From an uncultured Chloroflexota bacterium (lineage in GTDB: Bacteria > Chloroflexota > Dehalococcoidia > UBA2979): a DNA stretch of 49,225 nt. The stretch's first letter is position 1; each line of letters opens with the position of its first letter. The notes below the pieces were generated by a model. It did not search any database, was not told the origin of the DNA, and saw only the letters and a list, made by a program, of their open reading frames with translations. The position numbers were made by a program, and so were the translations under genes. The DNA lies in the NCBI GenBank assembly GCA_913051185.1, contig CAJXBM010000005.1, positions 1 through 49,225 of the forward strand, written 5' to 3'. This document shows, in pieces, positions 39,001 through 46,728 of this stretch.

Positions 39001-40156
39001 TTTTGACGCAGCACTTCTTAAGCAATAAATCTCGATAATAATTTTCAATACGAACGGAAATACGAGACCAATCGAATTCAGTCACGCGTACCCTACCATT
39101 TTGTCCTAAATGATTTCTCAGAATAGGATTGTCGATTAGTCTAATCATCGCCGCCGACAACGCGGCCACATCCTGTACAGGGACTAGAATACCCTCCTCT
39201 TCATCACGAACTACATATGAGTAACCCGCGATATCAGAGGCAATCACAGGTAAATGAGCCGACATGGCTTCCAGCAACACATATCCTTGACTCTCATTGC
39301 CTGTAGCAGGAGAAACAAATAAGTCAGCACTTCTATAGTATCGCGGCAACTCCTCATTCGTAGGATTCGTAATCCAAACAATATTGTCCCGCAACTCACT
39401 AGCGCGCATACTATCTTCTTGATATTTTCGACGCTTTGCAGAGTCAGGACCTACCACGATTAAACGAGCAGACGGACGGACACGGGTAACAGCATTAAAA
39501 GCCTCGAGCAGCACCCCAAGACCCTTGCGTTTCTCTGCACGGCCAACATAAAGAATATTGACCCGATCATCACCTCGCAAAGAATTTATCGGAGACAGAT
39601 GCGGACTATCCCACTCATCGGGCTCTATGCCATTTGGAATTATTTCATAAGACTCAGTGAAATATTTCGAAATATAATCTTTAGCTGAAGAGGATACTGC
39701 GATCTTTCCGTCAAGCCTCTCCATATGTTTTCGAAGAAACCTACTACTTAGAGAATACAGCAGATTTCCGTTCTCTCGAGTCGCATGAAACGTGCCAATA
39801 TTTACAGCATGCGGGATGACTTTCTTCGAATAATGTAAAGCCATTAGTGATAGCAGAGGCATAAAAGGTTCGTGGTAATGTATTACATCAAACTGACGTG
39901 AAGAAAAAATATCTTTAATAGACATAATCTCCCTGGGGTTAACAGCGATTCTAACTTGCGATCCGGAAGCGGGAATTGGGATAGGTTTACCTAAAATACG
40001 TACTGTTTTACCCGCGCTCGAGTGACTCGCGGGCGCGATGATATCTACTTGGTGGCCTAACCCACGCATGATCTTTGCGAGCTTAAAAATATGATTGTTT
40101 ACACCACTGGGAACAGACCAATCATATGGTGAAATATATGCAATTTTCAAAAACAC
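38987..40156 (-). CDS. pimA: GT4 glycosyltransferase, PimA-like phosphatidyl-myo-inositol mannosyltransferase
   Basis: SPYDWSVPSGV..H, HEP..P.LS, GTFH, IAVS, IPNG, GR.EKRKG, G.ES.G.VLLEAM, ASDI. Confidence 0.78.
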   Translation of the reverse strand: MFLKIAYISPYDWSVPSGVNNHIFKLAKIMRGLGHQVDIIAPASHSSAGKTVRILGKPIPIPASGSQVRIAVNPREIMSIKDIFSSRQFDVIHYHEPFMPLLSLMALHYSKKVIPHAVNIGTFHATRENGNLLYSLSSRFLRKHMERLDGKIAVSSSAKDYISKYFTESYEIIPNGIEPDEWDSPHLSPINSLRGDDRVNILYVGRAEKRKGLGVLLEAFNAVTRVRPSARLIVVGPDSAKRRKYQEDSMRASELRDNIVWITNPTNEELPRYYRSADLFVSPATGNESQGYVLLEAMSAHLPVIASDIAGYSYVVRDEEEGILVPVQDVAALSAAMIRLIDNPILRNHLGQNGRVRVTEFDWSRISVRIENYYRDLLLKKCCVKTIGE

Positions 40157-40174
40157 GCCCCTTGATTTTCAAAG

Positions 40175-40945
40175 TTATTTCGCGCTGAAGCGCCTAATCG
40201 TCTTTTCGACAATCTTTCTTGGTGTAACGGCTATGCCTTTAGCCTGTTGGGCAACTAAACGTCCCAATCCGATCTCTAAAAATGAAAATTCGTCGTCAAT
40301 CAATCCAATAGTTGTACGACTAGTTATTGCTCGTCTCAAAGAGGCCTCATCTCGACCATAAAATAGTGTATACCCGGTCCCAATAGCCTCTTTAAAATGC
40401 GCGTCAGAGCTACCCGTCTCAGCAAGATTCCATCTCTCATGATTAAGTATCGGCACTCTCCACCCGGAATGAACACCGGCAAACTTATGCATCGATGTTG
40501 GGTTTCCAACCTCTATCGCATCTGGTCGAAAAATCCCGTCAGATTGTCCCATTAATTTATCAAGAGCTCGATAGCCAACTGATCGAGTTAAATGTGAAAA
40601 AGGATGAGGAATTATCACAATTCCACCCAGCTCATGCACATATTCAATGGTCCTGTGTAAGGATTTAAAAGAGGGCACCGGCTCATCGATCCAAAGAGCT
40701 AATATGTGACCCGATAACGTAGTTATTTCTATACCTGTTACAAAATCAAAGGAGTAGCCACCTCTTGTATGTGTGTCTCGAGCCTCAAGTGCTCCGCGAA
40801 TGTCATCATGATCGGTAATAGCTATGACATCAAGAAATCCTGAACGCTCAGTTGTATCAAAAATAACTTTTGCGCTATCCATACCGTCTCCAAATGAGCT
40901 GTGCACTTGTAAATCGGCACGGCCATATAACGCAGAATTGATCAT
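40175..40945 (-). CDS. PHP domain metal-dependent phosphoesterase
   Basis: DLQVHS..GDG, AITDHD, G.EI.T..GH, PHP, DAIEV.N, GSSDAH. Confidence 0.88.
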   Translation of the reverse strand: MINSALYGRADLQVHSSFGDGMDSAKVIFDTTERSGFLDVIAITDHDDIRGALEARDTHTRGGYSFDFVTGIEITTLSGHILALWIDEPVPSFKSLHRTIEYVHELGGIVIIPHPFSHLTRSVGYRALDKLMGQSDGIFRPDAIEVGNPTSMHKFAGVHSGWRVPILNHERWNLAETGSSDAHFKEAIGTGYTLFYGRDEASLRRAITSRTTIGLIDDEFSFLEIGLGRLVAQQAKGIAVTPRKIVEKTIRRFSAK

Positions 40946-41001
40946 TTCTAAATTATAGAGGTCAGGTCGAATTCAACTTTTTTAATACCTTGTCAAAATT
41001 C

Positions 41002-41895
41002 CTACGTATCTTTATTCAACTCGTCCACCCATATCGGATTAAGAGGAAACCACTGATTTGGCCACCGCGTGATTCCGTCCTCCAGTTCCGATATCAAGGA
41101 TTGCATATTCTCTAACCGCTCCTGTACTGAATCGCTCCCGTGAAAATTAAAATGAACTTTTTTGAAATGGATTCCGTAATGTCCAGGTCTTGTCCTAGGA
41201 GCCCAAAAAATGAGGACCTCAGCGCCCGTAGATTCAGCCAACTGCAAAGCTCCCTCAGGAACAGGTGCCTTTGACGAAAAAAAATCAAATAATCTTGCAG
41301 TACCAACCACGTCACGATCGGTTAAGAGTGCAAGTAGCCCACCAGATTTAAGATGCTTGTGCGCGCGCCTGAGGCCAGAAAAGCTAGTCGGAAAGAAACA
41401 TACGCCAGTTCTTCGACGAATTCTATTCATAAACTTCTCAACCGAGTCTGACGGTAGTGATTCTGAAATTACTCCGGTATTCAATCCGAATCTACCTATA
41501 GCCTGACCGACGATCTCTGGATTCCCAAGATGGGCCGAAATGACGATTACCCCTTTTCCTTGATCCAACGCTTCAAACAATAGGTTTAAACCAACAAATT
41601 CATCTATATATTGTGCAAAGTCTTCTCCAGCTAGACGTGAATATCTTGGTAAGTCCGTGTAATAACGTACAGCTGTAAGCAAACAGCCCCGAGCCGTTGC
41701 CTCAATCAAGCTTTCAGATACAGTTCCACTCAATACCTGCTGAATACGCTTGATAAGTACATCCTTCAATCGCGCATTGGTCAACCATAATATCGAGGTC
41801 ACTAACCTTGCAACGCAATCAAGTATCCTGTCGGGCAGAAATCGACCGAAGCCGACCAACATTCTCAGTGCTATAGATTTAATCACTCCTGACAC
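41002..41895 (-). CDS. Lysophospholipid/lipid A-type acyltransferase, PatA-like (copy B)
   Basis: GKGVI.ISAHLGNPE (Hx4E), LL.DR, FF, P.G...LA, I..WP.QW...PIW. Confidence 0.82.
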   Translation of the reverse strand: MSGVIKSIALRMLVGFGRFLPDRILDCVARLVTSILWLTNARLKDVLIKRIQQVLSGTVSESLIEATARGCLLTAVRYYTDLPRYSRLAGEDFAQYIDEFVGLNLLFEALDQGKGVIVISAHLGNPEIVGQAIGRFGLNTGVISESLPSDSVEKFMNRIRRRTGVCFFPTSFSGLRRAHKHLKSGGLLALLTDRDVVGTARLFDFFSSKAPVPEGALQLAESTGAEVLIFWAPRTRPGHYGIHFKKVHFNFHGSDSVQERLENMQSLISELEDGITRWPNQWFPLNPIWVDELNKDT

Positions 41896-42808
41896 GGATT
41901 CGTATACCCCCCCCTATATGAAATCTGTCTTTGCTCCAAAAATATCGATACATATGCCATTGGCTCAGATCATTTCGGATTAATTTTTCGATCGCATTCA
42001 TCATGCTCTGAGTCAAAAAAGCAACATCTGTGTCCATGTTGCCAGTAGGTTCAAAAGTAACTGGCTCAATCAATAACAAGGCTTTATCAGAATATGGACC
42101 AGTACGCATCGGAAAGCCAGCAATAATTGGAGCTCCGGATAAGAGTGAGAGTCTTGCTGGGCCATCATGAATTAGAACTCTCTCTCCAAAAAATGTTACC
42201 TCGACGGCCTCCTCGACTACAGGTGGCACGTCAATCAAAATACTCACCAAATTGTTTTGCTTGAGCTGTCTGTGAATTTGAAGTGCATGGCCTTTTGCTG
42301 GAATCAGATCAAATCCTAAGCTGTGTCTGATCTTTTTGACCAGAAAATCAAAGTTTTGATTTTTGAATTCGTCTGCCACGACCGAAGTTGGTATTCCTAA
42401 AAGTTGAGTCGCTGCAGCCGGGCCAAAATCCCACATGCCAGCATGAAGGCCTATGGCAATCACCCCGTTGCCTCGTCTTAACCCATGAACAATATTCGCG
42501 TCCAGTATCTTAACTCGACTACTAACATCCCGAACCTCCCTCTTACGAGCTTGGCGTAACAGTCGAAGTAAATCGACTACGTACATTCCATAAGACCGAA
42601 ATGATTTCTGAGCCAGCTGATGTGCCTGCTCAGTATTACCCCCCGTAACGCGCATCATATTCGCGATCGTAATTACTCGTTTCGCAGGCATGAAATGGTA
42701 AGCCAGACTACCAATAAATGACGCGAGTCTGTAGCTAATTTGAAGGGGAACTAAATCAACTGGTAATAAAAAAATATAGACCAGTGCCGAAATAATTGTT
42801 TTATTCAT
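41879..42808 (-). CDS. Lysophospholipid/lipid A-type acyltransferase, PatA-like (copy A)
   Basis: GVI....HAGMWD (Hx4D), IL.D, V.FFG, GPARL....GAPI, QWHM...FW. Confidence 0.82.
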   Translation of the reverse strand: MNKTIISALVYIFLLPVDLVPLQISYRLASFIGSLAYHFMPAKRVITIANMMRVTGGNTEQAHQLAQKSFRSYGMYVVDLLRLLRQARKREVRDVSSRVKILDANIVHGLRRGNGVIAIGLHAGMWDFGPAAATQLLGIPTSVVADEFKNQNFDFLVKKIRHSLGFDLIPAKGHALQIHRQLKQNNLVSILIDVPPVVEEAVEVTFFGERVLIHDGPARLSLLSGAPIIAGFPMRTGPYSDKALLLIEPVTFEPTGNMDTDVAFLTQSMMNAIEKLIRNDLSQWHMYRYFWSKDRFHIGGGIRIRVRSD

Positions 42809-42822
42809 TCAGGTACAAAGAT

Positions 42823-42859
42823 AACGTAGAAGAGATCGATTTTCAGTCTCTTCTACGTT
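42823..42859 (-). terminator. 13-bp stem hairpin after ino1 (terminator, attenuator or mRNA stabiliser)
   Basis: AACGTAGAAGAGA-N11-TCTCTTCTACGTT perfect inverted repeat, followed on the minus strand by a weak U tract (ATCTTT). Confidence 0.65.
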
Positions 42860-42892
42860 CCCTTCATCAATAAAACAAACTCAGCTAGCTTA

Positions 42893-43993
42893 CTATTTAG
42901 CTTCTATAAAATCCTCAAGCGCTAATCGAGCCACCTCATCCCGCATTTGCCGCGGTGGTGACTTCATAAAGTATGCGGACGCTTCAAATACAGGTCCACC
43001 AACACCTCGATCTAGTGCTAATTTCGCACACCTGACCGCATCAATAACTACGCCAGCCGAGTTAGGTGAATCCCAAACTTCTAACTTAGTCTCAAGATTC
43101 AAAGGAACATTTCCAAAGGTAGTACCCTCAACTCTAATATGACACCATTTTCTGTCTAAAAGCCATGGTACGTAATCGGACGGACCAACATGAACATCAG
43201 CGTCTGGCAAGTCATACTCAATCTGACTCGTCACGGCAGATGTTTTAGAAACTTTCTTAGACTCAAGCCGTTCGCGTTCGAGCATATTCATGAAGTCCGT
43301 ATTGCCGCCAAAATTCAATTGATAGGTTCTATCAATTTGCACGCCTCTGTCCTGAAACAGTCGCACTAGTAATCGGTGCAATATCGTCGCGCCAACTTGA
43401 CTCTTAATATCGTCTCCGATGATCGGCAAATTGGCCTTTTCAAACCGGTCAGCCCAATAATTGTCTTTCGCTATAAATACAGGAATGCAATTAATAAATG
43501 CGCAGCCTGCTGCAATCACCTGCTCTACATACCATTTGGTAGCGTTCTCACTACCAACAGGAAGATAGGAAATTACAACGTCCGTCTTAGTATCCTTGAG
43601 TATCTGTGCAATATCAGCAGTTTGCCCAGGTGCTTTATCAATCACCTCAGATAGGTATTTTCCTATCCCATCGTGAGTCATTCCTCTTTCAACCGTAACG
43701 CCTGTCTTTGGAACTTCCGTAAACTTAAGAGTATTGTTCTGACCACTAAATACGGCTTCCGAGAGATCCTTTCCCACTTTATCGGCATCAACATCAAACG
43801 CGGCCGTAAACTCGATGTCATTAATGTGATACCCACCAAGAACGGGATGCATTAATCCTGGAATATCGTCACTAGCTTCGGCTGACTTATAAAATTCAAC
43901 CCCCTGAACTAAGGATGAGGCACAGTTTCCAACACCAATAATAGCCACGCGAACTTTAGGATTAGTCGAACTTGTATTCTTTTTCTTTGCCAT
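42893..43993 (-). CDS. ino1: myo-inositol-1-phosphate synthase
   Basis: [73 protein letters not shown]. Confidence 0.96.
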   Translation of the reverse strand: MAKKKNTSSTNPKVRVAIIGVGNCASSLVQGVEFYKSAEASDDIPGLMHPVLGGYHINDIEFTAAFDVDADKVGKDLSEAVFSGQNNTLKFTEVPKTGVTVERGMTHDGIGKYLSEVIDKAPGQTADIAQILKDTKTDVVISYLPVGSENATKWYVEQVIAAGCAFINCIPVFIAKDNYWADRFEKANLPIIGDDIKSQVGATILHRLLVRLFQDRGVQIDRTYQLNFGGNTDFMNMLERERLESKKVSKTSAVTSQIEYDLPDADVHVGPSDYVPWLLDRKWCHIRVEGTTFGNVPLNLETKLEVWDSPNSAGVVIDAVRCAKLALDRGVGGPVFEASAYFMKSPPRQMRDEVARLALEDFIEAK

Positions 43994-44016
43994 CTATTGA
44001 TCCAATCTCTTTAAGC

Positions 44017-44100
44017 TGATTTAAATCAATAATCGGCTACTAATATTGATAAGTCAAATTAATATTAATAATATAATATATAATTATTCTTAATATTTAC
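44017..44100. promoter_or_regulatory. AT-rich divergent ino1/lysR promoter region with LysR-type T-N11-A boxes
   Basis: Palindrome TGATTTAAATCA (44017-44028), ATAAT-N5-ATTAT (44073-44087) and ATAAG-N5-TTAAT (44049-44063). Confidence 0.5.
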
Positions 44101-44110
44101 TGGAGTACAT

Positions 44111-44971
44111 ATGGAATTCTCTTCAAAGCAACTTTTATATCTTGACATGATAAATAAAAAAGGAACCTTAGCTGCCGCGGCCGACGAACTCCAAATAACA
44201 CAACCAGCCCTATCGTTCGCAGTCACCGAACTAGAGCGCAAGATCGGATTGCAATTATTTGAAAAAAAAGGCCGACGAAAAGTACTTACTGCTTCGGGTC
44301 AACTCGTTACTGAATTTGCCAAAGAAACACTATATAGGGCAAGAGAATTATCAGAACTACTCTCAATGGATAACCGTGGTAAAGAAGGTTCACTGCGTAT
44401 CGGTATGATCGACGCTGCCTCACTCTACCTTTTACCAACCGCAATCGAAGCCTTCAAAAATGAAACTCCTGATATCAAGTTGTATATCACTGTTAACGAT
44501 TCAGACACGTTAACTGAGCAGCTGGAAAACTTCGAAATTGACATCGCATTTGTGGTTTCAAAACACGAAAATAGCTTACCCCTCTCCAAACTAACCTCAA
44601 CTCTTATCCTAGAAGAATCTCTATTGCTCTGTAACCCGCTGGCAAATAGAGCACAACCCATGAAAGAATGGGCTCTCTATCCCGAAAAATCCAGGACTAG
44701 AGCGCTAATAGACGAGGGAATTCAATCGCTTGAACTTGAATCAAACACCATAGTTCAATCTTCGAATCCACAAATTCTGCGACAGTTAGTCGTACTTGGC
44801 CTTGCTACAAGCATACTTCCAGAACAAGTAGCCAAAGAAAACAAAAATATTTACGTGGGTAAGGAGATTGCCCGGCGCAGTATTATCGCACTACGCCGAG
44901 CAAATTCTCCATTCGACCCAAAAGTAGCAAGCTTGATCTCACTTGCTCTTAAGTTTTACAACAAGGTCTAA
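44111..44971 (+). CDS. LysR family transcriptional regulator
   Basis: AAADEL.ITQPALS.....LE...G..LFE..GR...LT..G HTH and a substrate-binding domain (GSLRIG). Confidence 0.93.
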   Translation: MEFSSKQLLYLDMINKKGTLAAAADELQITQPALSFAVTELERKIGLQLFEKKGRRKVLTASGQLVTEFAKETLYRARELSELLSMDNRGKEGSLRIGMIDAASLYLLPTAIEAFKNETPDIKLYITVNDSDTLTEQLENFEIDIAFVVSKHENSLPLSKLTSTLILEESLLLCNPLANRAQPMKEWALYPEKSRTRALIDEGIQSLELESNTIVQSSNPQILRQLVVLGLATSILPEQVAKENKNIYVGKEIARRSIIALRRANSPFDPKVASLISLALKFYNKV

Positions 44972-44972
44972 A

Positions 44973-45242
44973 TTAGACCATTGCTTTTAGCTTGGCACCA
45001 GCCTTAACTTTCACCGCTGCTCGAGCGGGAACGTTGACCGTTTCCCCAGTTTGTGGATTTCTTGCCGTCCGAGCACTGCGCTGCACTTTCTCGAACGAAA
45101 TCCACCCTGTAAGAGTTGCCTTATCACCACGTTTAACGGCTTCACCAATGCTCTCAAGAAGCCCGTTCAACGCCGCCTCTACCGTCGAGGCCGGTAAATT
45201 TGCTCTCTTGGCAGCATCACTAACTAAATCACCTTTATTCAT
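44973..45242 (-). CDS. hup: DNA-binding protein HU
   Basis: MNK.DL, G...F....R.ART.RNPQTGE...VPA, 89 aa, AGGAG SD. Confidence 0.93.
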   Translation of the reverse strand: MNKGDLVSDAAKRANLPASTVEAALNGLLESIGEAVKRGDKATLTGWISFEKVQRSARTARNPQTGETVNVPARAAVKVKAGAKLKAMV

Positions 45243-45283
45243 TTAACACTCCTAATCTGTTCACATGCATAAGCGTTATAACA

Positions 45284-45312
45284 GTTGTAAGGCCTCTTCA
45301 GCGCCATGTCTA
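45284..45312 (-). promoter_or_regulatory. Sigma70-type promoter for HU
   Basis: Minus strand TAGACA-N17-TACAAC. Confidence 0.5.
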
Positions 45313-45348
45313 CCCCCCACCACCTTAAATCTCTTGCTAGATAAAGAA

Positions 45349-46308
45349 CTATTTACCCAAATACTTAAAAGATTTCCACAGTCCGACGCCAAAATCTCGC
45401 TCCAAAATCGCGACTAATTTTCCGGTAGGATCATATGCGCGTAACAAATCTGCATCGAAAAAAGTCGATACATATCGTCGATAAGGAGACAAAATAATAG
45501 ACTGGCCATATCCGAGAGCGCGGACGTCTGAGTCACGAAGTATCACGGCAGGCCAAGATTCAAGAATTTTATCGATGGGCAGTATTAACTTTTCTACTGA
45601 ATTATTAGAACCATAAAGAGTAAACTCTTCTAAATCAACCGATTCATTTATCACAAAATCCCCCACCTTCATGCGACGTAAATCAGTAAGATACGCTCCG
45701 CATCCCAGCAATTCACCCAGATCATGGACTAACGAACGAACATAGAAACCTCGGCCACATTCAATCTCTATTGTCACCTGACGCAACCCATCAATCGTTG
45801 TCGTCAGCCCACCAGCCTTCCAGCTATAAATTGAAACTCGTCGGGAATCAAGATCTATCGGCGTGTTTTTTCTGGCTAGCTTATGGGCCGCTATTCCACC
45901 CTTCTTCAATGCACTAAAGATCGGAGGCTTCTGCATTATTTGAGTTTCTGTGTCAGAGGACTCAATTCTCTGAGATATAACTAATTGATCTAACGTCTCA
46001 GATACTAGGCGCTCACTAATCTTATTAATCTGATGAGTGTCTGCCCGGAACGTGCTAGTTCCTTCCGAATCATACGAATCGGTCGACATACCAAGAATCA
46101 CACTAGCCAAATACACTTTACGCATCCCTAGAAATTCCTCAGAAAATCTCGTTGCTTTACCGATTACGATGGGAAGAATCCCGGTAGCAATAGGATCCAG
46201 AGTTCCGCCGTGACCAACTTTATGAGGCCCTATAACTTTCTTTACGCGCCTGACAGCCTCAGCAGATGAAATCCCTTTGGGCTTATCTAAATTCAAAAAT
46301 CCATGCAT
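45349..46308 (-). CDS. truB: tRNA pseudouridine(55) synthase
   Basis: DKP.G.SS, KVGHGGTLDP.ATG.L, K.Y, TDSYD.EG, Q.PP.FSA.K, C..G.YVRSL..DLG..LG.GA...LRR. Confidence 0.95.
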   Translation of the reverse strand: MHGFLNLDKPKGISSAEAVRRVKKVIGPHKVGHGGTLDPIATGILPIVIGKATRFSEEFLGMRKVYLASVILGMSTDSYDSEGTSTFRADTHQINKISERLVSETLDQLVISQRIESSDTETQIMQKPPIFSALKKGGIAAHKLARKNTPIDLDSRRVSIYSWKAGGLTTTIDGLRQVTIEIECGRGFYVRSLVHDLGELLGCGAYLTDLRRMKVGDFVINESVDLEEFTLYGSNNSVEKLILPIDKILESWPAVILRDSDVRALGYGQSIILSPYRRYVSTFFDADLLRAYDPTGKLVAILERDFGVGLWKSFKYLGK

Positions 46309-46389
46309 TGTTAAAACACTATATAACTCTAAAATCTATTTGGATCATCGCAAGTAGAGAGAAAATCAGAGTTGACCGGTACTTAGACA

Positions 46390-46728
46390 TTACAGATTTT
46401 TTAGCAACTTGCCTATTTTGTCAGCCTCATCAAAAGACTCATCTGCAACAAATTCTAGCCTTGGAATCCTGCGCAATCGCAGCTCACTCCCTAATTCTCG
46501 CCTAAGAAAACCAGCCGCTCTCTGTAAGCCATCCATAACCAGCGCGAAGGTTTCTTCATCTCCCTGAACCGTGACAAATACCTTAGCTGAAGCCAAATCA
46601 CTTGAAACATCCACTCCTGTGATTGTATATATCGAGTCACGAACGCGCGGATCTTTAATTCGCCTAGGTGCAATCTCAGCTAGGGTGCGCTGAATCGTAT
46701 CTTGAATACTCTCAATTCTTCGGGTCAG
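46390..46728 (-). CDS. rbfA: 30S ribosome-binding factor A (probable CTG start)
   Basis: The frame reads (L)TRRIESIQDTIQRTLAEIAPRRIKDPRV...ITGVDVSSDL..AKVFV...AAGFLR.EL...LRLRRIPRLEF. The only start candidate before these conserved residues is CTG at 46728, 8 nt after AAGGAG. Confidence 0.9.
   Translation of the reverse strand: MTRRIESIQDTIQRTLAEIAPRRIKDPRVRDSIYTITGVDVSSDLASAKVFVTVQGDEETFALVMDGLQRAAGFLRRELGSELRLRRIPRLEFVADESFDEADKIGKLLKNL

Noticed and set aside
41002-42808. Lipid A late acyltransferases (lpxL/lpxM)
   Set aside because: They belong to the same superfamily, but the context is inositol/PimA and no lpx or kds genes are in the window.
38987-43993. Mycothiol (ino1 + mshA) or di-myo-inositol-phosphate interpretation
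   Set aside because: The GT4 N-terminus (PYDWSVPSGV) resembles PimA rather than MshA, there is no mshB/C/D or IPCT nucleotidyltransferase here, and lipid acyltransferases are in the operon. It is disfavoured but not excluded.
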